DNA of 24,889 nt from Clostridiales bacterium (GTDB lineage Bacteria > Bacillota > Clostridia > Oscillospirales > Ruminococcaceae): assembly GCA_012800685.1 (NCBI GenBank), contig JAAZIT010000242.1, positions 1 through 24,889 on the forward strand, given 5' to 3'. The notes under the pieces were generated by a model. The model made no database searches, was not told the DNA's origin, and saw only the letters and a program-made list of their open reading frames with translations. The position numbers and the translations under genes are program-made. Below, piece by piece: positions 10,940 to 18,660 of this stretch (the stretch's first letter is position 1; the number at the start of each line of letters is the position of its first letter).

Positions 10940-12757
10940 ATGACCCCACAAGAAATTCTTAAACAATACTATGGACACACTAATTTTCGTGAAGGACAGC
11001 TTGAGCTAATAAATGCTATTTTATCAGGGAGAGATTGTCTTGGAATAATGCCAACTGGTGCAGGAAAATCAGTTTGCTTTCAAATCCCCGCCATGCTTTT
11101 AGATGGAATCACAATAGTTATATCACCGCTTATCTCGTTAATGAAAGACCAAACGGAAGCATTAACTGATATGGGTGTAAATGTGGCTTGTATTAATTCA
11201 TCGCTAAGCTCTGCTCAATATTCACAAACCATGCACAAGGCTTATTTAGGAGAATATAAGATACTTTATGTTGCACCTGAAAGATTGCTTAGCAGTGGTT
11301 TCTTAGAGTTTGCTAATCAAGCCAATATCTCAATGGTAACTATAGATGAAGCCCATTGCGTTTCACAGTGGGGGCAGGATTTTAGACCAAGCTATTTGAA
11401 AATTCTTGATTTTGTAAGTTGCCTAGTTAAAAGACCTATAGTTTCGGCTTTTACAGCCACCGCTACAAAGGTTGTTAGAGATGATATAGTTGAAATTCTA
11501 AGGCTTGAAAATCCATATCTTTTAACAACAGGCTTTGACAGAAAGAACTTATATTTTGATGTAAAGCAGACAACAAATAAGTACAATGACCTTATTTCAG
11601 TTCTAAAGAAAATCGGCAATAAGAATGGAATTGTTTATTGTTTAGCAAGGAAAACAGTTGAAAAGGTATGTACTCTTTTAAACAAAGATGGTTATGAAGC
11701 AACAAGATATCATGCAGGGTTAAGTGCTGAGGAAAGAAGAAACAATCAAGATGATTTTCTATTTGATAAAAAAACCATTATGGTCGCAACTAATGCCTTT
11801 GGAATGGGAATTGACAAGTCCAATGTATCATTTGTGGTGCATTACAATATGCCTAAAAATATTGAAAGCTATTATCAAGAGGCTGGACGTGCCGGGCGAG
11901 ATGGAGAAAATGCCCAATGTATTATTCTTTACAGTAAGCAGGACGTTAGAACTAACAAGTTTTTAATTGAAAACAGCAATGAATCTGAAGAGCTAACTAT
12001 TGGAATGCGAAATGAGATTATTGAAAAGGACTTAAATCTCCTTAAGCAAATGACGTTTTACTGCACAACTCAAGAGTGTTTAAGAAACTGGATTTTAAAG
12101 TATTTTGGTGACAAGAGCGTTTCGTATTGTGGAAATTGTTCAAGCTGTTTAACCAATTATGAAACCATAGATATAACTATTGAGGCGCAAAAAATATTAT
12201 CATGTGTTTACAGAATTTCACAGCGTAGAAGATCCTTTGGAAAAATCATGATTACTGATGTTTTGCGTGGGGCGAAAAATGAGAAGGTTATTAAAAACGG
12301 ATTAGACACTCTTTCTACATACGCTTTAATGTCCGATGTTTCAACAAAAAGGATAATTCTGATAATGGACTTTTTAATTGAGCGTGGGTATTTATTTGTT
12401 GATGACATGAATTACAGTGTAGTCAAGCTAAATGAAAAGTCATTAGAAATTCTAAAGGACAGAATAAGTCTTGAGATGAAAATTCCTGTTGAAAAGAAAG
12501 AAAAAACACGTTCTATTGACACGGGTCATGGGAATAATCTTATGGAAAAACTTAAGAAAACCCGACTAAAGCTTGCATATCAAGAAAATGTTCCAGCTTA
12601 TATAGTGTTTTCTGATGCTACTCTTAAGGATATGTGTGGAAAGAAACCAGAGACTATTGAGGACTTCCTAGAGGTTGCGGGTGTTGGTAAAAGAAAAGCT
12701 GAAAAATACGGTTCTGTTTTTTGTGAGGTTATTAAGGAGTATTTAAGAGAGGCTTGA
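10940..12757 (+). CDS. recQ: ATP-dependent DNA helicase RecQ
   Basis: MPTGAGKS, DEAHCVSQWGQDFRP, ATNAFGMGID, QEAGRAGRDG, Zn-binding cysteines (CGNCSSC), RQC and HRDC (VPAYIVFSDATL) domains. Confidence 0.97.
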   Translation: MTPQEILKQYYGHTNFREGQLELINAILSGRDCLGIMPTGAGKSVCFQIPAMLLDGITIVISPLISLMKDQTEALTDMGVNVACINSSLSSAQYSQTMHKAYLGEYKILYVAPERLLSSGFLEFANQANISMVTIDEAHCVSQWGQDFRPSYLKILDFVSCLVKRPIVSAFTATATKVVRDDIVEILRLENPYLLTTGFDRKNLYFDVKQTTNKYNDLISVLKKIGNKNGIVYCLARKTVEKVCTLLNKDGYEATRYHAGLSAEERRNNQDDFLFDKKTIMVATNAFGMGIDKSNVSFVVHYNMPKNIESYYQEAGRAGRDGENAQCIILYSKQDVRTNKFLIENSNESEELTIGMRNEIIEKDLNLLKQMTFYCTTQECLRNWILKYFGDKSVSYCGNCSSCLTNYETIDITIEAQKILSCVYRISQRRRSFGKIMITDVLRGAKNEKVIKNGLDTLSTYALMSDVSTKRIILIMDFLIERGYLFVDDMNYSVVKLNEKSLEILKDRISLEMKIPVEKKEKTRSIDTGHGNNLMEKLKKTRLKLAYQENVPAYIVFSDATLKDMCGKKPETIEDFLEVAGVGKRKAEKYGSVFCEVIKEYLREA

Positions 12758-12911
12758 TTTTGAGCTAGTAAATAGGCATGATGGCTGTAGGTTAATGACT
12801 AATGAGAGATTGATTGTGAAAAGTCGATTGTGACTTGGTTGCTAGTGTCACTGGGTAATGCCAATGGAAAACTTAAGTTATAAATAGTATGTTAATTTCA
12901 AAAACAAGCCC

Positions 12912-12940
12912 TTGCTAAAAGTGAAAACATATGATATAAT
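12912..12940 (+). promoter_or_regulatory. Sigma-A promoter (extended -10) opening the lsa leader
   Basis: TTGCTA-17 nt-TGnTATAAT. Confidence 0.75.
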
Positions 12941-12969
12941 AATAAAAAATAAAGGTTTGGAGTGAGAGG

Positions 12970-12990
12970 ATGCGCATTATTTCTTGCTAA
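12970..12990 (+). CDS. Putative leader peptide (uORF) MRIISC of the lsa attenuator
   Basis: ATG CGC ATT ATT TCT TGC TAA, preceded by GGAG (12959-12962) 7 nt upstream and by the promoter. Codons 4-6 overlap a strand that pairs with the proposed antiterminator. Confidence 0.6.
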   Translation: MRIISC

Positions 12991-13189
12991 TAATTTAGGC
13001 ACATAGACGTTAATATTAACGCAGCTATTTTCAGCTGTAATTTTCGTATGTGTTTTTGTTGTGCCATTGCAAGAAAGTGCTAAATTCTCATAACTCATTA
13101 ATATAATTTAAAACTAGTTGTATAGCTACTTCTAGTTATATGATTAAATTTTGCTAATTATATTGGCATGGTTTGATTTTGTTTATTAT

Positions 13190-13230
13190 GAGCTGCAAGA
13201 ATTAACTTTCTTGCGGCTCTATTATTTTTT
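13190..13230 (+). terminator. Premature (attenuator) terminator immediately before the lsa RBS
   Basis: GAGCTGCAAGAA (13190-13201) / TTCTTGCGGCTC (13208-13219), one G-U pair, followed by TATTATTTTTT and then RBS GGGAGG. Confidence 0.85.
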
Positions 13231-13244
13231 GGGAGGACAAAATC

Positions 13245-14729
13245 ATGTCACTTATAAACATTTCAAATCTAACCTTTGCATATGAGGGGAGCTATGACAA
13301 CATTTTTGAAAATGCAAGCTTTCACATTGACACAGATTGGAAGCTTGGTTTTACAGGTAGAAACGGAAGAGGAAAAACAACCTTTTTAAATCTATTATTA
13401 GGTAAGTATGAGCATCAAGGTGAAATTACCTGTGCTTCTTCAATTACATTTGACTATTTTCCATCTAATGTAGTGGACAAAAGCGTAAATGGCATTGATG
13501 TGGTGGATAAAATCTGCCCCAACTATGAGTACTGGGAGTTATCGAGAGAAATGTCGCTTCTTGAGGTCTCCGATGAGGTGCTGTTTCGCCCATTTAACAC
13601 CCTTTCAAAAGGCGAGCAGACTAAAGTAATGCTTTCGGCATTGTTTTTAAAAGAGAACAGCTTTCTGCTTATTGACGAGCCAACCAATCACCTCGATGTT
13701 AGAGGTAGGGAATTAGTTAGCGAATATTTAAACAAGAAAAAAGGTTTTATTATTGTATCACATGACAGAGCCTTTCTCGACGGTTGCATAGATCATGTTC
13801 TATCAATAAATAAAAATGACATACAAATTCAAAAAGGAGATTTTTCCTCATGGCTTCAAAATAAGGAGCTTCAGGATAATTTTGAATTTTCAGAAAATGA
13901 AAAGTTAAAAAAGCAAGTAAAGAGACTTTCAACATCAGCAAAACAGGTGTCTGAATGGTCTGGAAAAAACGAAAAAACTAAATATCACACTAAAAACTCA
14001 GGTCTTCGCCCTGACAGGGGTTATTTAGGGCACAAGTCTGCTAAAATGATGAAGCGCTCAAAAACAATTGAGGGCAGAAAAAACGAGGCGTTTAACGAAA
14101 AATCAAAGCTTTTAAAAAATATAGAATCGACTGAAAGCTTAAAAATTCCCCATATAGATTATAAAACCAAACGGCTTATAGAACTTAAAAATATTTCCAT
14201 TTTTTATGACGATAAAAACATTTGTGAGAACGTATCCTTTGAAATAGCCAACGGCGATAGGATTAATCTAAAAGGGAAAAATGGGTCGGGGAAATCCAGC
14301 ATATTAAAGCTTGTTAAAGGTGATAATATTAATACTAAAGGAAATCTGTATCGAGGTGAAGAATTGAAAATATCATATGTTTCTCAAGACACTTCGGAAT
14401 TAATTGGTGACTTGTCAGAATACGCGGAAGAGTGTAATATAGATGAAAGCTTATTTAAGGCAATTCTACGAAAGCTTGATTTTTCTAGGATTCAATTCGA
14501 AAAGGATATATCCGATTTCAGTGAAGGACAAAAGAAAAAGGTGTTAATTGCTAAAAGCTTATGCGAAAAAGCACATCTTTATATTTGGGATGAGCCCCTT
14601 AATTATATTGATGTAATTTCAAGAATTCAAATTGAAAATCTTCTTCTTGAATTTAAACCAACAATATTATTTGTTGAGCATGATATAGCTTTTGCTAATA
14701 AAATTGCAACAAAGGTTGTAGAGCTTTAA
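13245..14729 (+). CDS. lsa: Lsa-family ABC-F ribosomal protection protein (lincosamide/streptogramin A/pleuromutilin type)
   Basis: Two ABC domains (GRNGRGKTT...IDEPTNHLD; GKNGSGKSS...WDEPLNYID), no TM helices. N-terminus MSLINISNLTFAYEGSYDNIFEN and linker GYLGHKSAKMMKR resemble Lsa(B)/Lsa(E) as I recall them (by eye). 494 aa. Confidence 0.85.
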   Translation: MSLINISNLTFAYEGSYDNIFENASFHIDTDWKLGFTGRNGRGKTTFLNLLLGKYEHQGEITCASSITFDYFPSNVVDKSVNGIDVVDKICPNYEYWELSREMSLLEVSDEVLFRPFNTLSKGEQTKVMLSALFLKENSFLLIDEPTNHLDVRGRELVSEYLNKKKGFIIVSHDRAFLDGCIDHVLSINKNDIQIQKGDFSSWLQNKELQDNFEFSENEKLKKQVKRLSTSAKQVSEWSGKNEKTKYHTKNSGLRPDRGYLGHKSAKMMKRSKTIEGRKNEAFNEKSKLLKNIESTESLKIPHIDYKTKRLIELKNISIFYDDKNICENVSFEIANGDRINLKGKNGSGKSSILKLVKGDNINTKGNLYRGEELKISYVSQDTSELIGDLSEYAEECNIDESLFKAILRKLDFSRIQFEKDISDFSEGQKKKVLIAKSLCEKAHLYIWDEPLNYIDVISRIQIENLLLEFKPTILFVEHDIAFANKIATKVVEL

Positions 14730-15055
14730 ATGTATAAATATACTATTTTAACTTCTTAAATATAGTATTTTTAAAATTTAAAATACAGAAATAGTTAAAA
14801 TGTGACAAATAACAACAGTTCTTTTATTATAAGTTTACACAAAATATACAATTGAGCTAGATTATACAATTCTTTTCTGCAAACATATATAGTATTAGTT
14901 TCTTTTACGAAAAAATTACAAAAATGCATAATTTGTAGAAATTGGATATCGTTTTCTTTAGTGTAATTTACAACAGATTTAATGAGTAAAATCAAAAAAG
15001 ACCTAGAAATCGTACTTTGGTTAAATATATCAATCAAAAAAACCTTTTAAAACTA

Positions 15056-15084
15056 TTGACATTGCAACTTGTTGTGTGTATAAT
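15056..15084 (+). promoter_or_regulatory. Consensus sigma-A promoter for the sugar transferase
   Basis: TTGACA-17 nt-TATAAT. Confidence 0.8.
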
Positions 15085-15168
15085 TTATATAATGTGACGT
15101 AGACTGTTAGGTTATGTAACATTGTGTAGACGCAATTCGATTTGTTTAATTTTCGAGAGGTGTAAAAA

Positions 15169-15894
15169 TTGAGAGAAAATAGTGCAACGGCAATCGAAGT
15201 TGAAAGAAATATTGATTATGAAAAAAGAAATATAAAAGTGACAACAAACAAAATAGTATACAACAAAGAAAAATCTTTCGCTAAAGAAAATAAAATCTAC
15301 AACAAGATAAAAAGAATGTTGGATTTAATTTTATCATTTGGCGCATTAATAGTGCTGTTTCCAATTCTATTAGTGATAGGTATAATTATTTTTTTGGGTG
15401 ATTTTCATAACCCTATTTTTGTTCAAGAGAGACTTACAAAACACGGAAAAAGATTTAAAATGTATAAATTTAGATCCATGTGTGTTAATGCCGAAGAAAA
15501 ACTTAAGGACCTTCATAAGCATAATGAGGTCGATGGACCTGCATTTAAAATGGACAACGATCCACGAGTTACTAAAATTGGCAAATTTATTAGAAAAACT
15601 AGTATTGATGAATTGCCACAGCTGTTAAATATTATAGCTGGTGACATGAGTATTGTTGGACCAAGACCACCACTTCCTAGTGAGGTGGAGCAATATACAG
15701 AATATCAAATGCATAGATTAGACGTTAAAACAGGGCTAACTTGTTTTTGGCAGTGTTCTGGAAGAAGCAATATTTCATTTGATGAATGGGTTGCTCTTGA
15801 TGTGAAATACATTAAAGAAATGTCTTTTGCAACGGATACACAAATACTTTTTAAAACCATAAAAGCCGTTTTAAAACGTGATGGCGCAAAATAG
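15169..15894 (+). CDS. Priming glycosyltransferase / polyprenyl-phosphate sugar-1-phosphate transferase (Bac_transf, CpsE/EpsE-like)
   Basis: KRMLDLILS, single hydrophobic segment, FKMYKFRSM, DPRVTKIGKFIRKTSIDELPQL, MSIVGPRP, GLTCFWQ. TTG start with GAGG upstream. Confidence 0.92.
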   Translation: MRENSATAIEVERNIDYEKRNIKVTTNKIVYNKEKSFAKENKIYNKIKRMLDLILSFGALIVLFPILLVIGIIIFLGDFHNPIFVQERLTKHGKRFKMYKFRSMCVNAEEKLKDLHKHNEVDGPAFKMDNDPRVTKIGKFIRKTSIDELPQLLNIIAGDMSIVGPRPPLPSEVEQYTEYQMHRLDVKTGLTCFWQCSGRSNISFDEWVALDVKYIKEMSFATDTQILFKTIKAVLKRDGAK

Positions 15895-15903
15895 AATACA
15901 CTT

Positions 15904-15953
15904 AGCATATTAGGTTATCCTATAAATGGGTATATTTAATATGCTTTTTTTTT
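15904..15953 (+). terminator. Intrinsic terminator after the sugar transferase
   Basis: AGCATATTA (15904-15912) / TAATATGCT (15937-15945) with an inner imperfect stem and a long T run. Confidence 0.7.
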
Positions 15954-15978
15954 CTTGAAAAGCTCTATTATATGGCTA

Positions 15979-16007
15979 TTGACTTTGAAACTGAAATTAG
16001 GTATACT
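15979..16007 (+). promoter_or_regulatory. Sigma-A promoter for nadA
   Basis: TTGACT-17 nt-TATACT. Confidence 0.75.
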
Positions 16008-16071
16008 TAATCTATATCAAAGTAATAGGAATTAGATTTTAAATATTTTTAATAATTTGGAGGCAATAAAT

Positions 16072-16989
16072 TTGACTATTAAAGAAGTACAGGAAAAAAT
16101 ACTTAAACTAAAAAAAGAAAATGACATATGCATTCTAGCCCACAGCTATCAAGCAAGAGAAATTACTGAAATCGCCGATTTTACTGGTGATTCATATGCG
16201 TTAAGCAAGCAGGCTAGTCAAGTGTCAAACAAAAATATATTAATGTGCGGCGTTCATTTTATGGCTGAAACAGTTAAGCTTATTTCCCCTGAAAAGCGAG
16301 TTTTAATATCTCACCCTGAGGCAGGATGTGCTATGGCTGAAATGATGGACAAGGCTCTGATTGGGCAAGTCAAACAGCTTTACCCTAATCATAAGGTGGT
16401 TGTATATATAAATTCAACTGCTGAGCTTAAAACTATATGTGATGTGTGCGTAACATCTTCATCGGCTGTAAAAATTGTTGGTTCTATGCCAGAGAAAGAC
16501 ATTTTGTTTATTCCTGATTGCAATTTAGGTGCTTATGTTCAGGAACAGTTACCAGAAAAAAACATTAAGACTTTATCTGGGGGCTGTCCAACTCATGCAA
16601 TTGTTGAAGCGACAGATGTTATTAAGGCTAAAGAGGAGCATCCTAATGCTTTATTACTAGTTCACCCTGAATGTCAGCCAAGTGTCTTTCATCTTGCTGA
16701 TTTTGTTGGTTCTACCTCTGCAATTATGGAGTATGCAAAAAAATCTAGTGCTAAGGAATTTATTATTGGTACTGAGATTAGTATAACCGAACATTTGCAA
16801 TTTGATTGCCCTGAAAAGACATTTTATAATTTGTCATATGCAATGATATGCAAAAACATGAAAATGACAACTCTAATGGACGTTTACAACTGTGTAAACG
16901 GAAATGGCGGGAAAGAAATAATACTTGATGACCAAACAATTAATCAAGCTAGAAAATGCATTGATGAAATGATAAAGCTCGGTGGCTAA
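16072..16989 (+). CDS. nadA: Quinolinate synthase A (4Fe-4S)
   Basis: ILAHSYQ, ADFTGDSYALS, CGVHFMAET, VVYINS, VHPEC, GTE and three cluster cysteines (AGCAMA, GCPTH, ICKNMK). Start set at TTG 16072 because GGAGG lies at 16059-16063. Confidence 0.95.
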   Translation: MTIKEVQEKILKLKKENDICILAHSYQAREITEIADFTGDSYALSKQASQVSNKNILMCGVHFMAETVKLISPEKRVLISHPEAGCAMAEMMDKALIGQVKQLYPNHKVVVYINSTAELKTICDVCVTSSSAVKIVGSMPEKDILFIPDCNLGAYVQEQLPEKNIKTLSGGCPTHAIVEATDVIKAKEEHPNALLLVHPECQPSVFHLADFVGSTSAIMEYAKKSSAKEFIIGTEISITEHLQFDCPEKTFYNLSYAMICKNMKMTTLMDVYNCVNGNGGKEIILDDQTINQARKCIDEMIKLGG

Positions 16990-17001
16990 AATCATAACTT
17001 T

Positions 17002-17030
17002 AAAGCAGGTACATTAGTGCCTGCTTTTTT
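17002..17030 (+). terminator. Intrinsic terminator after nadA
   Basis: AAAGCAGGTAC / GTGCCTGCTTT stem with T tail. Confidence 0.88.
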
Positions 17031-17073
17031 GTGGAAAAATACAAAATTTTTTTATAAAAAGCTAAAAAGCCTA

Positions 17074-17104
17074 TTGACTCTAACGTAGCGTTATAGTGTA
17101 TACT
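17074..17104 (+). promoter_or_regulatory. MerR-type promoter with 19-bp spacer and dyad operator
   Basis: TTGACT-19 nt-TATACT. The spacer holds the dyad TAACG-TAG-CGTTA (17081-17093), the classic architecture of MerR/Mta-activated promoters. Confidence 0.85.
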
Positions 17105-17125
17105 AATTTATAGGGAGATGAGATA

Positions 17126-17872
17126 ATGAAACTTTCAATAAGCGAAATGGCAAAGCTAACAGGTGTAAGTGTGCGCACACTTCATTATTATGATGAAATT
17201 AATCTTTTAAAGCCCTCTTATGTACAGGAGGAAAATGGGTATCGATACTATGATGAAAAGGCACTAGGTAGACTTCAAAAGATACTTTTTTATCGTGAGC
17301 TTGACTTTGATTTAAAGGAAATACTTGAAATTATTTCTAATCCTAGCTTTAACCAAAGCCTTGCTTTATCAAAACAAAAAGAGCTTCTTTTGTTAAAAAA
17401 GCAACGGCTAGAGGGACTAATTAATTTAATTGAAAGAATAAATAAGGAGGAAATTGATATGAGCTTTAATGAATTTGATAACAAAGACTATGAAAAGATA
17501 AAAAACCAATACGCTAAGGAGGCTATGGAGCGTTGGGGTGAAACTTCTGCATATAACGAAAATGTGGAGAAAACCTCTAAATATTCTAATGAGAAATGGG
17601 ATAAAATTAATAATGACATGATGAATATTTTTAAAGGATTTTCACGACTTTTTAATGAAAATGAGAAGCCTAGTGATATCAAGGCTCAAGAGCAGGTTGG
17701 AAAGCTCCGTGATTTTATAACCCAAAATCATTATAATTGTACTAAAGAAATTTTAAAAGGCTTAGGGCTAATGTATGCGGAGGATAAGCGCTTTAAGGAA
17801 ACTATTGATAAAACTGGTGAGGGTACAGCCAACTATGTAAATGAAGCAATCTTACATTACTGCAAAAAATAA
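17126..17872 (+). CDS. MerR-family transcriptional regulator with TipAS effector domain (Mta/TipA-like)
   Basis: N-terminal MerR HTH (ISEMAKLTGVSVRTLHYYDEINLLKP...GYRYY). C-terminal YAKEAMERWG, GLGLMYAEDKRF...GTANYVNEAI typical of TipAS. Confidence 0.92.
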   Translation: MKLSISEMAKLTGVSVRTLHYYDEINLLKPSYVQEENGYRYYDEKALGRLQKILFYRELDFDLKEILEIISNPSFNQSLALSKQKELLLLKKQRLEGLINLIERINKEEIDMSFNEFDNKDYEKIKNQYAKEAMERWGETSAYNENVEKTSKYSNEKWDKINNDMMNIFKGFSRLFNENEKPSDIKAQEQVGKLRDFITQNHYNCTKEILKGLGLMYAEDKRFKETIDKTGEGTANYVNEAILHYCKK

Positions 17873-17879
17873 CAGCAAT

Positions 17880-17912
17880 AAAAGCCTAATGATTTTTATT
17901 CATTAGGCTTTT
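17880..17912. terminator. Bidirectional intrinsic terminator after the MerR gene
   Basis: AAAAGCCTAATGA / TCATTAGGCTTTT perfect inverted repeat. Confidence 0.88.
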
Positions 17913-18095
17913 CAATTTAATTGATAAAATTAAATTTTTATATTGGTTTAACGTAAATTATAACCTAAAATAATTATAATTGTACGTAATAAATCCTATA
18001 AGATTTAGGGTTAATGTATTCGTAAAATAAGAGTTTTAAGAAAATCATTTATATTCGCTATTTTAATAATTCTATTTTTCTAAAACACATCTTAA

Positions 18096-18530
18096 TTAAA
18101 TGCTATAATCGCTCCAAACATCAGCCTTCTGATCTAAAATATCCTGTATAGTTATATTGTCTAAATAATCTGTAATAACCTTATACAATCCTCTCCAAAC
18201 ACCTATTGTAATACAGCCTTCAGCACGAGGGCAATCATTATGTTCATAATCCAAGCATGAAATTGGTGCTAGGCTCCCCTCGGTTACACGGAGGATTTCC
18301 CCAACTGTATATTTATTAGGCTCTTTAGCTAGCATATATCCGCCCTGATATCCACGATTAGTTCTTAGAAAACCAGATTTATTTAATAGTGGAACAATCT
18401 GCTCAAGGTATTTTTTAGATATTTCTTGACGTTCGGCAATGTCCTTAAGAGCGACAAACCCACTATTCTTATGTTGGGCTAAATCGATAAGCAGTCGCAA
18501 TGCGTATCTTCCTTTAGTGGAAATTTTCAT
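18096..18530 (-). CDS. Rrf2-family transcriptional regulator (IscR/CymR-like, three Cys)
   Basis: MKISTKGRYALR, IAERQEISKKYLEQI, RGYQGGYML, C-x7-C-x5-C. Start moved to ATG 18530 (AAGGA upstream). Confidence 0.93.
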   Translation of the reverse strand: MKISTKGRYALRLLIDLAQHKNSGFVALKDIAERQEISKKYLEQIVPLLNKSGFLRTNRGYQGGYMLAKEPNKYTVGEILRVTEGSLAPISCLDYEHNDCPRAEGCITIGVWRGLYKVITDYLDNITIQDILDQKADVWSDYSI

Positions 18531-18577
18531 ATTTATCATTCCTTTCAGTTGAAAAACAATCTCTAAAGCATAACCCA

Positions 18578-18606
18578 ATTATACCATAGGTTTAGTATGA
18601 ATTCAA
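18578..18606 (-). promoter_or_regulatory. Sigma-A promoter of the Rrf2 gene with possible autoregulatory box
   Basis: Minus strand TTGAAT-17 nt-TGnTATAAT. The spacer region GAATTCATACTAAACCTATGG resembles a CymR-type box. Confidence 0.65.
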
Positions 18607-18660
18607 GTGGGTAACTTAAGAATAAAAATAACATCATAACTTAGTATAAGCTGTTTTTAC

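Noticed and set aside
12898-13098. 66-aa minus-strand ORF upstream of lsa
   Set aside because: Antisense to the lsa promoter and attenuator, and no RBS. The region is better explained as a leader RNA.
13140-13205. Alternative lsa leader peptides MIKFC, MV and MSCKN
   Set aside because: None has an RBS. MRIISC has an RBS, a promoter and overlap with the switching strand.
14795-15037. 80-aa minus-strand ORF in the AT-rich intergenic region
   Set aside because: No RBS or motif. Composition is typical of random AT-rich frames.
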